DNA of 64,000 bases from a virus: positions 111,012-175,011 of IMG/VR virus record IMGVR_UViG_3300025141_016305; one strand, given 5' to 3'. Every line of letters starts with the position of its first letter. Position 1 is the first letter of the stretch. The notes beneath the pieces were generated by a model. It was not told the origin of the DNA and made no database searches. It worked only from the letters and a program-made list of their open reading frames with translations. A program made the translations under genes and the position numbers. Below are positions 1-10,894 of the stretch, in pieces.

Positions 1-2611
1 TTGATATATTGTCTGTAATTCCACTCACAATTGGAATTGGAGTGCTTGTCATTTGTCTGATTCTTGCCAAATACCCGACAGCATATGGTTTCATAAACTC
101 CGTCGGCGCATGTACCTCTCTTGACCTAGGTGTCATACCGGGGGCGCGGGGTGCCATAACTGCAGTGTCTTCATATATAATTGCATTGCTTGTGACTATT
201 TTGCTTATTATGATCACCGGGGATTTTGAAATAATTCGCTCCCGGGCGCGGTCTGTTTCGTAGTCTCCTAGTAAGCCCAAGCCTTCATTGCCCGGAATTG
301 TAAAATCAAAATGAATTGTTATTTCTGGTGCGAATAGACCTAAATCAGCCCTGGGTGTGTTTGTTGTTATGAAACTAGGATCTCTTTCATTGACAAGTGC
401 CTTGATTTGATCCACAAGCATTTGTAAATTATTTGCCTCTTGCAAGGGGTCAAATCCACTGGGGTCAAACTGAAATCGTGCCTCTTTTGCTTGTTTTGCA
501 GCTTCCCTTATATCTTCTTTGGCCACCTGCAATCTTCTGTCCAACTCTGCGATATCTATGGAAATAGAAAGGGGCGTTGTTTGAAAAGTGTTCAAAAAAT
601 CTGATGCTTTCGGATCAGAATCTGCAGCTAATTTAGACAAAGAGACAAGCGATTCGCCAATTATCTCGCTACCGTCAAATCTACCAAACGGACCTAGGTC
701 AATATCTATTCGAGACCTTTCTTGTGCTGACAATTCAGAATCTTCACGTGAAACTTTTAGGGCGGCCTCTCTAAATCTTCTGACTATTTCTCTTCTGTTT
801 GCTGCAGCGTACGCTCTATATTCTTTAAATCTTCTTTTGTTTTCTTCTGGGGATAAATCTTCGCATGCCTCATCAATCCTAGCCGCTAGAGGATCCGGGA
901 CAGTATCTGTATAAGAGGACTCTTCTGGGTCGAGTGCAGGAGCTTCTTGAGTTGATATTGAGTACCCTTCCGTTATTAGATTTAATTTATCTACATTTAT
1001 TTCAAAATAGGCACGATAAGGGTCCCCGGTACGAAACGAAGGGGTTCGATATTGAATGAATTTAATTAATGGCTCTTGAAGGTTCAAACCCTCTATTTCA
1101 TCATAAAACTGAACTTCTGATTCTACTATTTCATTTGATTTTGAAAGATTTTCCCTTGTTGTTAATACCCAATATTTAGATCTATCTTCACTTGCTATAT
1201 CGTGCGGAAGCATGTTTGAATGTTCTGGCTGTGGTATGTCCGAGCCCACTACAAAATACTCATCCAAAAACTCTATTTTATCTTTATATATGTACCAGAT
1301 ATCTGGCTTATTATAAAAATCTAACACTTTACTTAAGGCTTTGTCTTCCAAAGATTTTATTGTTTCGGGATCATAATTAAAAATATTTTCAAAAGTAAAC
1401 TCTGTGATATCGAAAAATCCAACTGTTTTACTATTCACAACAAATGGATCCGGATCTGTCAGGGGGTCTGGTTGCAAAGCTCTCTCTATGTAACCTCTTG
1501 CTTGTTCTAAATCAATCGTAGGATCTATTTCATCCTCTGCAATCATTTCCATTGTTTTTACGGCGGCATCATATAATATACTAGCCTTTGCGGAATCTTG
1601 GCCGGTGGCTTTTGGTCTTGCCTTATAAATTATAGAAGCAGCAGACATAGAAATACTTTCTTCCGTCCCGCCAGAACGAACAGCTTCGGCGCTTGGAGAA
1701 TCTTGCCCTAAGCGGCTGGCACTTTGCAGCACGGGACCCCTAGGGCGGATTGGGTCCCAATCATAAGAAGCTGGTGCCTTTTCTTTGAAAATAGCAACGT
1801 GGCCTTGGTTGTCTTTTAATGAATTCAAAACGTCTAGAGAGGCGAGCGGAAATGCAGGGGCGAATATTGCTCCTTGGCTTTCTGCAGAGTCTGGGCGTTG
1901 CGCTAAGAGGAGACTAACAAACCGGTTAAATAATTCATATGGTATTATATCTACAACTAGGCCCCCTTCCGCTGTCCCAAAACTTACTTCTTGTACTGTC
2001 CCATCCAAAACTATTGGTCTGGTTATAACATCCTCTCTATGGTAGTACCCTTCATTTGAAAGACCGGAAGCCTGAGGGAGCCATCCATGCATAACTGCAA
2101 GAGTCGCTTCTCCAAGTTGGCCATACTCTCTTTCAAACAAAGTTATAATTGAATCAATAACCTGCAAAGTTAGTGATTCTTTTCTTGCAATTTTGCTAGC
2201 ATTTGAAAGATCATTATACTCAACACCTTTTTCCAACTCGTTCAATTCAGCTATCATTCTATTGACACCAAATTTGTTAAAAAGATAACAAAGTATAAAA
2301 AACTGGTTATCTAGTTGATATTTCATTATTCGAGATTGCAGGTCTTTATTGAAGGTTGCAACATCTCTAGGCGTAGAGCCAACTCCGGAAACACAGTCAA
2401 ACCACCCATTTGGATCGTATGCTACGCCCTCATTTGCTTCTTCTTGTGGAGGTAGGTCTTGGGCTCTAACGACGGACCCTAAAGCTAATTTAACAGCGGA
2501 TATGTCACTACCGATATCGCCTATTTTTCGAGGTCCGAAAGATAAAGTTCTCTCTCCCTTGTCTGTAGTGTGCGTTACTTCTAGCTTGAATGATCTGATC
2601 GTACTAGACAT
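1..2611 (-). CDS. Large protein (>=870 aa, runs off the window start; missing from the ORF track). N-terminal peptidoglycan-binding-like motif; probable virion/baseplate-region protein
   Basis: ATG at 2611 with GGAG SD. Reads MSSTIRSFKLEV...KIGDIGSDISAVKLALG...FNKDLQSRIMKYQLDN...YGQLGEATLAVM, resembling an expanded PG_binding_1 pattern. Frame checked open at both ends but not base by base throughout. Confidence 0.6.
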   Translation of the reverse strand, partial: MSSTIRSFKLEVTHTTDKGERTLSFGPRKIGDIGSDISAVKLALGSVVRAQDLPPQEEANEGVAYDPNGWFDCVSGVGSTPRDVATFNKDLQSRIMKYQLDNQFFILCYLFNKFGVNRMIAELNELEKGVEYNDLSNASKIARKESLTLQVIDSIITLFEREYGQLGEATLAVMHGWLPQASGLSNEGYYHREDVITRPIVLDGTVQEVSFGTAEGGLVVDIIPYELFNRFVSLLLAQRPDSAESQGAIFAPAFPLASLDVLNSLKDNQGHVAIFKEKAPASYDWDPIRPRGPVLQSASRLGQDSPSAEAVRSGGTEESISMSAASIIYKARPKATGQDSAKASILYDAAVKTMEMIAEDEIDPTIDLEQARGYIERALQPDPLTDPDPFVVNSKTVGFFDITEFTFENIFNYDPETIKSLEDKALSKVLDFYNKPDIWYIYKDKIEFLDEYFVVGSDIPQPEHSNMLPHDIASEDRSKYWVLTTRENLSKSNEIVESEVQFYDEIEGLNLQEPLIKFIQYRTPSFRTGDPYRAYFEINVDKLNLITEGYSISTQEAPALDPEESSYTDTVPDPLAARIDEACEDLSPEENKRRFKEYRAYAAANRREIVRRFREAALKVSREDSELSAQERSRIDIDLGPFGRFDGSEIIGESLVSLSKLAADSDPKASDFLNTFQTTPLSISIDIAELDRRLQVAKEDIREAAKQAKEARFQFDPSGFDPLQEANNLQMLVDQIKALVNERDPSFITTNTPRADLGLFAPEITIHFDFTIPGNEGLGLLGDYETDRARERIISKSPVIIISKIVTSNAIIYEDTAVMAPRAPGMTPRSREVHAPTEFMKPYAVGYLARIRQMTSTPIPIVSGITDNIS

Positions 2612-2626
2612 ATTTTATATTCTCCG

Positions 2627-4021
2627 TTAATTAACAGTGTTATATTTGCTGTTAATGTATTCCTCTGATTCGTGATCTAAAAATCTTATTTTAAATTGGG
2701 CTAAGTTCAACTTGTTAAATGTACATTGCAAGTCCCCTGTTGTCAAGAGTGCAAGATCAGTTGAAATTCCCTTTGCCGCATTCATAAGATTCCACAGGGC
2801 TGGGCCTGTTGCTGTCTCATGATGGTGCATCGCTAACGTTCGGTTAAATTCGGTCTGAAATGTTATGACATTGTTGATTATTCTTGTTGTCTCTTCAACT
2901 AATTTCACAATTTGCTCAAGTGCCATTTCCAAATTAGACCCAAGAACCATTGGTTGTTGAGGCAGGTCCTGGTCGGGGTGAGTTACTTTTTTCCCATTAT
3001 TAGCAACCAGATGAATACCAACATCTGATGCATTGATTTGGTTGCCTTGCGAATTCACGGTCTCATGATTTCCTCTGGTTATAAATTTAATATTTTGCCT
3101 TGCATGCATCCTTACTCTATCTGCTTTGAGCATAATGGCAGAAGCTGGTGCACCAGGATTATCAATTTTTGTATTTCTATAGGAAAGGAGCCCAAAGTCA
3201 TCATATGCGACCATCTCTTTCTTTAGCGGTTTTGAGATTTTAAAATATTCATCAACATCTGTCATTTGACTTATATATATGCGGGCTGCGTCCATCATCA
3301 TCCCGGGGTGAATTCCATCACTTAAACGCTTCCCTTGCAAGGAATTGGATCTAACAGTATTATATAAAGGACCAAGAACAATTGGCTTTCCAGTTCCAAA
3401 ATCAGCTACTGGGAAAGGTGACATTCTACCTGCCACAATATCAATTGCACCAGCGGCCATATGGTCAGAATATCCAGATTTTTCGCTGCGGCTAAGAGAA
3501 TCAGGTGACCAGTTTTCTGTTCTATCCGCCGGGTTCCTATCTCTACCTAAGCAGATCAAAGTATTATTCGCTCCTTGAAGTACAGTATCCGTTTCCCTAT
3601 TAAAAAACTCCGGTATTACATGACTTTCGTCAAGTGGCCTATTTCCACTACCATCTGCGGGGGTGTCCGAGGGTCCAGCTAAAAACGAAAAAGCAGAATC
3701 CAAAGGCTTAAAAGAAAAATGGTTTCTCGGTATGCCTTTTGTTTGTACCTTTTTTGTACTATTTTCTGGTGTCCTCTCTTGTGGGCCGGATCCAGGGGAA
3801 GATGCTGGCGGCTCGTCAGGTGGTGGGCTTTCTCCTCGCAATTTCGCGCCATGAGCCATGGCCCGATCAAAATCTTCTCTCCTGGCTTGGGCCGCGGTCT
3901 CTCTACGCTCAGCGCTTCGCCGCGCAGATTGTTCGAGGCGCAAATCTTCCATAGCATCAGCCTCTGCCTGTGCGGCTCTAGACTTAAAATCGTTACCGTT
4001 ATTGTTGTCGTTATCTGCCAT
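2627..4021 (-). CDS. Putative baseplate central spike (gp5/gpV-like) protein
   Basis: Beta-rich repeats (GAIDIVAGR, AARIYISQ, SAIMLKADRVRMHARQNIK) and a His cluster 'MHHHETATGP' near the C-terminus, like the metal-binding HxH tip of phage spikes. Confidence 0.5.
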   Translation of the reverse strand: MADNDNNNGNDFKSRAAQAEADAMEDLRLEQSARRSAERRETAAQARREDFDRAMAHGAKLRGESPPPDEPPASSPGSGPQERTPENSTKKVQTKGIPRNHFSFKPLDSAFSFLAGPSDTPADGSGNRPLDESHVIPEFFNRETDTVLQGANNTLICLGRDRNPADRTENWSPDSLSRSEKSGYSDHMAAGAIDIVAGRMSPFPVADFGTGKPIVLGPLYNTVRSNSLQGKRLSDGIHPGMMMDAARIYISQMTDVDEYFKISKPLKKEMVAYDDFGLLSYRNTKIDNPGAPASAIMLKADRVRMHARQNIKFITRGNHETVNSQGNQINASDVGIHLVANNGKKVTHPDQDLPQQPMVLGSNLEMALEQIVKLVEETTRIINNVITFQTEFNRTLAMHHHETATGPALWNLMNAAKGISTDLALLTTGDLQCTFNKLNLAQFKIRFLDHESEEYINSKYNTVN

Positions 4022-4033
4022 TTTCTTTCTCTT

Positions 4034-4714
4034 TTATCTGATCGATTTTAAGATGCCAATACTAAAATTGTGTTTATTGGGAAATTCAACTGCAGCCATC
4101 GCGCCGTTGCGAAGTCCATCAGCTTTATTAACGGAATAGAATCTAGGAAACCTATCCAATCTTTTAATTTGTTTTGGTACAGTTTTATACCACTCTGGAG
4201 GCACAACTGCACCGGTGGCGTCTTTCTCGACGTACTCATCAGCGTCCATCTCAATACCTTCAAGAGTAAACAAGCCGGAATCGGCCACACTACTAAATGG
4301 TTTGTCTGGATTAAGAATCGACGCGTCCGAGGGATCCATCAAAGTCATTTCTGAAATAAATCTATCAATTAATTTCATTTCTGGCAACGGCAAGCATCCT
4401 GAAATTTCTGGTATATACACTATTGCCTCTACTATGTTTGCATCTTTTGCATCTTCTGGTGTTTTGCTGCCCATCACCAAAGACAAGAATGTATTATCAT
4501 GTTTTTCCCAAAAAGTTTTATAATCCATATAAGACCAGTGCATGATTATGCCGTTGTAAGTTTGAGATGGCTTGTCTAGGCCCTTGGTATTAGGGTGCCT
4601 AGGCTCTAACCCTTCTAAGGCATATCTCATAGGGTTGTATCTAAGATTCATCTGATCAGATGGTTGTCTTTTTTTGTCTCTTTCTTCTACTGGGCCTGAA
4701 CCGTAACCTGACAT
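4034..4714 (-). CDS. Hypothetical protein (possibly baseplate-associated)
   Basis: 226 aa ORF, GGAGG SD, co-oriented with neighbours. Confidence 0.6.
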   Translation of the reverse strand: MSGYGSGPVEERDKKRQPSDQMNLRYNPMRYALEGLEPRHPNTKGLDKPSQTYNGIIMHWSYMDYKTFWEKHDNTFLSLVMGSKTPEDAKDANIVEAIVYIPEISGCLPLPEMKLIDRFISEMTLMDPSDASILNPDKPFSSVADSGLFTLEGIEMDADEYVEKDATGAVVPPEWYKTVPKQIKRLDRFPRFYSVNKADGLRNGAMAAVEFPNKHNFSIGILKSIR

Positions 4715-4715
4715 C

Positions 4716-5015
4716 TTACTCCTCCTCTTGATCCTGATTTATTAAATCAAAAAGTTCTTGCTTATCTTCTTCCGATATTCCTTCTTTGTTGTTTTCCTTC
4801 TTTTGCATTAAACCTGCCAACTTTACTAGTTGTTCATTTGATCTTTGTAGGGTTTCTAAGTATTTTGCAGCGATTAATCCAACTTCTTTATGTCTATCAT
4901 CAGATATCTGCATGTATTTTAAAAGATTCATAAGCAGGCTTTTTGTGGCTGCTCGATCATCAACTATGTTTTTCGTTGCATCTTCAATGAAGTCTATAAC
5001 TGTCTTTTTTGCCAT
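4716..5015 (-). CDS. Hypothetical helical protein
   Basis: 99 aa ORF; CCTAATTA motif 4 nt before the ATG. Confidence 0.65.
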   Translation of the reverse strand: MAKKTVIDFIEDATKNIVDDRAATKSLLMNLLKYMQISDDRHKEVGLIAAKYLETLQRSNEQLVKLAGLMQKKENNKEGISEEDKQELFDLINQDQEEE

Positions 5016-5043
5016 ATTTTAATTAGGTATGTGCTAAATTTTA

Positions 5044-5739
5044 CTATTCTTTATCCCACTTTGTTTTAAACAATCTATACTTTTCTCTTAATTTATTTAG
5101 ATTATTTACAACTTGTTTTGTATTAAGGCCTGTTAATTCTCTCAAGTACAAATAAACCGCCTTCTTGTTGAATATTTCAATGTCCTCTATATTGTGCAGG
5201 AGAACTTTTACAGCCTCAAGAACAGATTTTTCGTTTGGTTTTAAATTGCCGTTGTCCCACTTGTCAACTTGGCTTAGCAAACTGTTCCAAAATTCTATCT
5301 CTGTGCGTCTTTCTATATATGAATCAACTTCTGTGTCGGAGGTTCCATTTAGGACATCGGCTCCTCCATTTTCTACAAGGTTCTCATACGAAACCTCTCT
5401 TTTAATTTTTTTAGAATTCTTTTTTACTTTGTGAATAAACCAATTTTTTGTAACAACAGAGAAATAAGAAAAAGCTTTTGACCCCTTGTTTGGGTCATAT
5501 TTTTCTAATATCGTAGTTAGCCAAACTTTACAATCTTCCCTTAAAGAATCAATATTTGGAAGTGTATTGAACTTATAAGTAAAAATGATTTTATTAACCA
5601 TCTCATCAAAAGCAGGCTGGATTAGAGATCCATATAGTTTTTCTCTTTCCTTTTTGCAATTAGTTGATGCATAGCTTACTATTGCATCTTCATGTAATTT
5701 TGTAAAATAATCATTTTTCTTACTTTTCCTTCTTCTCAT
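5044..5739 (-). CDS. Phage late-transcription sigma factor (T4 gp55-like, sigma70 region 2)
   Basis: 'LEKYDPNKGSKAFSYFSVVTKNWFI' matches the gp55/sigma region-2 pattern (KFDP...AF-YF). Confidence 0.7.
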   Translation of the reverse strand: MRRRKSKKNDYFTKLHEDAIVSYASTNCKKEREKLYGSLIQPAFDEMVNKIIFTYKFNTLPNIDSLREDCKVWLTTILEKYDPNKGSKAFSYFSVVTKNWFIHKVKKNSKKIKREVSYENLVENGGADVLNGTSDTEVDSYIERRTEIEFWNSLLSQVDKWDNGNLKPNEKSVLEAVKVLLHNIEDIEIFNKKAVYLYLRELTGLNTKQVVNNLNKLREKYRLFKTKWDKE

Positions 5740-6036
5740 TTAGTCTTCACCTAATCCAATTTCTTTTGTTTCTTTTGACTCGTTCAATACCAAGTCCAGT
5801 CCACCTAGTATTGCTACTAACTCTCTACTATGCTCTAAAAGGTTGTGTAATGTGGTGTCACCATAAAACATTTCAAGTTCATGAATGCTATTAATATGAC
5901 TAGAAAAATCTGTGATCATCTCTGACAATGACTCCATATCTTGATTAGCTGTTGCTATAATTTGCAATAACCATCTTACATATAGCATTAAAACTAAAAC
6001 TATCAATAAACTCACTATAAACAACCAAAACCACAT
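5740..6036 (-). CDS. Small membrane protein with N-terminal TM helix
   Basis: MWFWLFIVSLLIVLVLMLYVRW followed by a coiled segment. Confidence 0.65.
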   Translation of the reverse strand: MWFWLFIVSLLIVLVLMLYVRWLLQIIATANQDMESLSEMITDFSSHINSIHELEMFYGDTTLHNLLEHSRELVAILGGLDLVLNESKETKEIGLGED

Positions 6037-6284
6037 TACAATTCCTTATTTTTTAATTTTTGTTTTTCACTCTTCATTTCTTGCTTGGTTCTTTTGATAT
6101 AATCATCTACAACCTGGCCAGTCTTTGAAGAATTAAAATTTGAAGTCTTTATGTCTAAAATTGCAGGGACCTTGTAAATATTTTCTCCTCCGCACAAAAT
6201 GCACGCATTTTGCCCATCAAACATACTATGTTTCACTTCAAACGTTTCAAGACAATCCTTGCATTTATAAACATAGACCGGCAC
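6036..6284 (-). CDS. FmdB-family zinc-ribbon protein
   Basis: MPVYVYKCKDC...FE...CILCG. Confidence 0.75.
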   Translation of the reverse strand: MPVYVYKCKDCLETFEVKHSMFDGQNACILCGGENIYKVPAILDIKTSNFNSSKTGQVVDDYIKRTKQEMKSEKQKLKNKEL

Positions 6285-6505
6285 TAATCAGAGCCCACAG
6301 TAGTGTTGGTCTCTTCTAGGCGATGCAAACTATTTTCGTTTTCGACCTTAAAATTTGGAGGATTAGTAACAACAAGTTCGCTCTGACTTGGGTCACTTAC
6401 CACAAAATTAAATGATCTTAATACCGGTACAATATCTGTTTGTTCTAGTAAAGATTTTTGTAGGGCCATCATGATGGCTCCCATTGCTTGGTCTGATAAT
6501 TTCAT
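6284..6505 (-). CDS. Hypothetical protein
   Basis: 73 aa ORF tightly packed between neighbours, GGAG SD. Confidence 0.6.
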   Translation of the reverse strand: MKLSDQAMGAIMMALQKSLLEQTDIVPVLRSFNFVVSDPSQSELVVTNPPNFKVENENSLHRLEETNTTVGSD

Positions 6506-6506
6506 A

Positions 6507-7478
6507 TTACATATTCTCCTTTATCTTTTTGAAATCACTCTCATACATAATTTTGGCTAATTTCTTAAATGTTACTTTTGGCTGCCAACCCAATACTCTT
6601 TTTGCCTTTGAACTATCGCCCAACAAAAGCGGTACTTCATGTGGTCTAAATAATCTTTCATCTATTTTAACATGCTTATCTACATCTAGGCCTGCTATAG
6701 TAAAAACTTCTTCCAAAAATTCTTTAACAGTATGTGTTTCCCCAGTTGAAATAACATAATCATCAGGGTATTTTTGTTGCAACATAAGCCACATTGCTTC
6801 AACATAGTCGCCGGCGAAACCCCAGTCACGTTTTGCTTCTAGGTTGCCCAAATATAAAGTATCCTGTAGGCCTAACTTGATCCTGGCTGCAGCAAGTGTT
6901 ATCTTTCTAGTCACAAATGTTTCCCCTCGTTTAGGAGATTCGTGATTAAACAAGATACCAGAAGAAGCATGCATTCCGTACCCGGTCCTATAATTATTCA
7001 CTAAATTATGAGCAAACAATTTTGCACATGCATATGGAGATGCCGGCTGGAACGCTGTCTTTTCTGATTGTGGCACTTCTGGATTATCTCCAAACATCTC
7101 AGACGATGAGGCTTGATAGAATTTGCAATTCGGCCGGAGTTCTCTTAGTGCATTTAAAATTTTTAATGTGCCCATCGCGATGCCGTCGACCGTATTTTCA
7201 GGTATATCGAAAGATACTCTAACGTGAGATTGTGCCGCAAGATTGTAGAATTCATCTGGCTTGTATTTATTGATTAATTTCCACACAGACCCTGCATCAT
7301 TTAGATCAAAAAACTCCATATGAAACCTGGGGTGACCGAAGACATGATCTACTCTTCCAGTGTTGAAAGAGGAGCTTCTTCTTTTGAGACCTATAACTCT
7401 ATATTTTTTATTCAATAAAAATTCGGCCAGATAGGCGCCGTCTTGGCCTGTGATTCCTGTGATCAATGCTGTTTTCAT
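6507..7478 (-). CDS. gmd: GDP-mannose 4,6-dehydratase
   Basis: [64 protein letters not shown]. Confidence 0.97.
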   Translation of the reverse strand: MKTALITGITGQDGAYLAEFLLNKKYRVIGLKRRSSSFNTGRVDHVFGHPRFHMEFFDLNDAGSVWKLINKYKPDEFYNLAAQSHVRVSFDIPENTVDGIAMGTLKILNALRELRPNCKFYQASSSEMFGDNPEVPQSEKTAFQPASPYACAKLFAHNLVNNYRTGYGMHASSGILFNHESPKRGETFVTRKITLAAARIKLGLQDTLYLGNLEAKRDWGFAGDYVEAMWLMLQQKYPDDYVISTGETHTVKEFLEEVFTIAGLDVDKHVKIDERLFRPHEVPLLLGDSSKAKRVLGWQPKVTFKKLAKIMYESDFKKIKENM

Positions 7479-7480
7479 CT

Positions 7481-8482
7481 TTATTCCTTATTTAGTTCTT
7501 CATTTAAAATATCTACAATTTTATCTGCGGAATTGCCGTCACCATATGGACATGGTAAATCTATAGACCAATCTGATTTTACCTTTTCAAAGGCCCTCTT
7601 TAGTTCCTTGGGCTTGGCGCACATAAACGCAAAACTACCTATACCCTCTAACCTCTCTGTCTGTTCTCTACAAACAATGCATTTTTTTTTCAGAAACGAT
7701 GTTTCTTCTTGTAATCCGCCTGAGTCTGTTATGACAAACCTTGTTGTTGCCAAAATAGATATAAATTCACTATACTCCATTGGCTCGATAATATTAACGT
7801 CTGATAGTAGATGTTTATGTTTTTGTACATTTGGATTAGGGTGTAAGGGTATTATAAAATCTAAATGCTTGTTATTTTTTGCAATATTGTTTATTTCTTT
7901 AAACCACATGTGCATTTGTTGATGGTTTTCTCTTCTATGCATAGTTACTACAACTTTATTAGAATAAGTTGGAACTAGATCTTTCAAATTATCTAAAACT
8001 GTATTGCCTACTACTTCAATTCTTCCCTGCGTGGATTCATCGAGAAGAAATTTTTTCGATGTCTCAGTTGGGCACAGGTGTAAATCAGCAATTCTAGAAA
8101 TAGCCTGCCTATTAAACTCTTCTGGATATGGTTGTAATTTATTATAAGTTCTTAGACCTGCTTCGAGATGTACAACTTTTATCTTTCTGTGAAATGCAGC
8201 CAAGGCCACCGCAAAGGCCGAGGTAGTGTCTCCTTGTACTAGTACCGCCTTTACGCCTTTGAACACTTCGTCTTGGTTCATTATGGAAGACACAATTGAA
8301 TCAAGTCTATTTTTTCCATGAACAATAGATAATCTAATTATATCCCCTTCCTCTGCTATAATCTTTCGTAGCAAATCTTCATGTTGCCCTGTAAACAACA
8401 ATTTATAAGGCAGATTAATCTTGGCCAATATTGGTTTAATTTTTATAAACTCGGGCCTAGTCCCAAAAGATACTAATATCAC
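7481..8482 (-). CDS. wecB: UDP-N-acetylglucosamine 2-epimerase (non-hydrolysing type); likely GTG start at 8482 (ORF track extends to 8545)
   Basis: [51 protein letters not shown]. Confidence 0.92.
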   Translation of the reverse strand: MILVSFGTRPEFIKIKPILAKINLPYKLLFTGQHEDLLRKIIAEEGDIIRLSIVHGKNRLDSIVSSIMNQDEVFKGVKAVLVQGDTTSAFAVALAAFHRKIKVVHLEAGLRTYNKLQPYPEEFNRQAISRIADLHLCPTETSKKFLLDESTQGRIEVVGNTVLDNLKDLVPTYSNKVVVTMHRRENHQQMHMWFKEINNIAKNNKHLDFIIPLHPNPNVQKHKHLLSDVNIIEPMEYSEFISILATTRFVITDSGGLQEETSFLKKKCIVCREQTERLEGIGSFAFMCAKPKELKRAFEKVKSDWSIDLPCPYGDGNSADKIVDILNEELNKE

Positions 8483-8483
8483 T

Positions 8484-8789
8484 TTATAACTCTTCTTCAA
8501 AAAAAGTATCAGAAGTAATTGCCTTATCACATATGAATAAATCATAGATCGGCTTCTTTAAAATTAGGTCATGATACTTAACACCCCACTTTTTAAATTG
8601 TTTTTGTGTTGTTTCTGTCCAGTCTATACCTGAACCAGTGCCGCGGGCGGTCCAATAAATAATCTGATTACCTTGGTCAAAAAGTTCGTTTATTTTTGAT
8701 ATGCGATTCTTCAGCGGTGTAGCTTTTGAATAATCTCTATTCGGCGGTGAGGAACAAATTGTCTCATCTATATCAACATAAATTATCAT
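8484..8789 (-). CDS. Small cap-less HAD-family phosphatase
   Basis: YVDIDETIC motif I, WTARG motif II, KP..D...DK. Confidence 0.8.
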   Translation of the reverse strand: MIIYVDIDETICSSPPNRDYSKATPLKNRISKINELFDQGNQIIYWTARGTGSGIDWTETTQKQFKKWGVKYHDLILKKPIYDLFICDKAITSDTFFEEEL

Positions 8790-9610
8790 TATTTTCCTCT
8801 TAGGCTTTCTCTTTTGGAAAGCTCTGAACCCAATACTTGTCTTGGGCCGGGATTTCCAAAAGATTTTTCAATATCTCTGATTCCTTTTACAAGCTTCATT
8901 AAGCCAATTGGTTCTACTGACGCCATCTGATCGCTGCCCCACATTGTTCTGTCTAAAGTTATGTGTCGTTCGACCCATGTGCAGCCCATGGCGACTGCTG
9001 CAAATGTGGTAACTAAACCATATTCATGGCCGCTATAGCCTATATCTTTATTGACGTTTTTACTGGAAAGGTGATGAATATAGTTCAGGTTTAATTCTTC
9101 TATTTTTGAAGGGTAGGAAGAGTTTGTATGCATTATAACATCCGGATCGCAAACATCTACGCACAATGAAATTTCCTCCTCCGTACTCATTCCTGTGGAA
9201 ATTATCAAATTATCACAATTTTGTCTTGCGTATAAACAAAGTTCAAGATCGGTTATAAGTGCAGATGGGATTTTCATTATAGAAGTATATTGTTTCATGA
9301 AATCAACTGATGGCTTATCCCATACAGATGCGAATAATTTTACTTTCTTAGTTTCTGCATATTTATACAAATCATCATATTGTTCTTTTTCAAATTCGAT
9401 CCTATTTTTATAATCAATATATTTCATCTCGCCCCAGGGTGTAGAGCGCATTTTATCTTTCTGATGTTCTGGGACGCAAAGTTCTGGTGTTCTTTTTTGA
9501 AACTTTGCATAATCACATCCGGAAACTTCGGCCAAATCAATTAGCTTTTTTGCCAATTCAATATCGCCATTGTGGTTTATTCCAATTTCTGCTATTATTT
9601 TAACTGCCAT
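8789..9610 (-). CDS. neuB: NeuB-family (sialic/nonulosonic acid) synthase, short form without the C-terminal AFP/SAF domain
   Basis: IIAEIGINHNGD, KFQKR, KIPSA, STGMST, GYSGHE, VERHITLDRTMWGSDQ. Confidence 0.92.
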   Translation of the reverse strand: MAVKIIAEIGINHNGDIELAKKLIDLAEVSGCDYAKFQKRTPELCVPEHQKDKMRSTPWGEMKYIDYKNRIEFEKEQYDDLYKYAETKKVKLFASVWDKPSVDFMKQYTSIMKIPSALITDLELCLYARQNCDNLIISTGMSTEEEISLCVDVCDPDVIMHTNSSYPSKIEELNLNYIHHLSSKNVNKDIGYSGHEYGLVTTFAAVAMGCTWVERHITLDRTMWGSDQMASVEPIGLMKLVKGIRDIEKSFGNPGPRQVLGSELSKRESLRGK

Positions 9611-10244
9611 GTTTATTCTTGAATTCCTCTAAATCACTAAGAGTATCTATATCAATAACTTTTGGTATCTTGTAATATAAAGTATCTTTATTATACAGGT
9701 TGTTGTTTAGGTTTTTAATCTCATTTGTTTTAAATATACTAATCATATGACATATTTTAAAACATTTGGGATAATCTTGCCTCCTATAGTAATCGTGCGG
9801 GACTATTTGAGAGCCCCTATTGTTATCCTCTTCTTTTAGAAATAAATAAGGACTAACATCTATTTCTTCTCTGCACAATAAAGATAGAGCTTTATTGCAC
9901 TTAAACCATTCATACGCCTTCAATACATCTTCCCATTTTCTTTCTGGGTATGTCAAATACAGCATTATTACATCTCCAGATAATTGACAATCTTCAACAA
10001 CTTCCTCGACACACTGTAATGTGGAAGCTGTGTCTTTTGCGCTTTTAGCACTACGATTGTGAATATTGCACATTGCAAAATCACTGCGTACGCGGGCAAT
10101 AATCGATGGATCATCTGTACTAACAAAGACCTTATCACGATATTGTTTTGGGATCTTATTTAGCGTGGCATCTAACAGTATTTGATTTTTTTTTGGCAGG
10201 CCTTTGGAGCCCTTTCTGGCTGGTATGATAATGTTGAAGTTCAT
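9600..10244 (-). CDS. neuA: Acylneuraminate cytidylyltransferase family
   Basis: IIPARKGSKGLPKKN, VSTDD, RRQD, IDIDTLSDL. Confidence 0.88.
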   Translation of the reverse strand: MNFNIIIPARKGSKGLPKKNQILLDATLNKIPKQYRDKVFVSTDDPSIIARVRSDFAMCNIHNRSAKSAKDTASTLQCVEEVVEDCQLSGDVIMLYLTYPERKWEDVLKAYEWFKCNKALSLLCREEIDVSPYLFLKEEDNNRGSQIVPHDYYRRQDYPKCFKICHMISIFKTNEIKNLNNNLYNKDTLYYKIPKVIDIDTLSDLEEFKNKHGS

Positions 10245-10247
10245 TTT

Positions 10248-10892
10248 TCATCTATTTGCTTTTTCATATATGGGAAACTGTGATAAGTCTTTATGAATCC
10301 CTGAAGTTTCTAGATCTTCATTGTAATCCTCTATATTTTTGAATAGCTCCAAGCCCTCTGCCGCTTGTTCCGGGGGCATATACATATTCCACCCTATCAT
10401 GTCGAAAGAGTCGTCCTTGTAAAGTTTATCTATATGGCGACCTTCATATCTAGCTACCTTGAACCAGTCGTATGCTTTTTTATCGTTTGTAAGAATCATT
10501 CCACCTTTGCCAATTGGAATATGTTTTCTGCGGTGAAAAGAGAGACAATAATAAGAATCTTGCACGTACATGTCTTTTCTCATTCTGGTTGCTGCATCAT
10601 AAACTGGGTATGGAGATAATTGATATTCTCCTGACCAATCTATATCTTTAAATTTTACCTGACAACCTGCGTGAATCACTGTGCACGGGACGGATACATA
10701 GGTTCTTTTTGGGAGCGTAATTTCTCCTTCTGCTTTTAAATACTTTAAGCACAAAAACATCGCATCAGTACAATTATCAATGGCTACAGCATATTTGCTT
10801 CCCGCGTAATTTGCCATCTTCTTTTCAAAAAGATCGACCACATCCCATGGATCAGATAAATTATAATCCTTTATATACTTTTCTACTAACAT
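10248..10892 (-). CDS. DegT/DnrJ/EryC1/StrS aminotransferase (short); likely start 10892 (ORF track 10931)
   Basis: FEKKMANYAGSKYAVAIDNCT, YDAA, CLSFHRRKHIPIGKGGMILT, GWNMYM. Confidence 0.85.
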   Translation of the reverse strand: MLVEKYIKDYNLSDPWDVVDLFEKKMANYAGSKYAVAIDNCTDAMFLCLKYLKAEGEITLPKRTYVSVPCTVIHAGCQVKFKDIDWSGEYQLSPYPVYDAATRMRKDMYVQDSYYCLSFHRRKHIPIGKGGMILTNDKKAYDWFKVARYEGRHIDKLYKDDSFDMIGWNMYMPPEQAAEGLELFKNIEDYNEDLETSGIHKDLSQFPIYEKANR

Positions 10893-10894
10893 AA

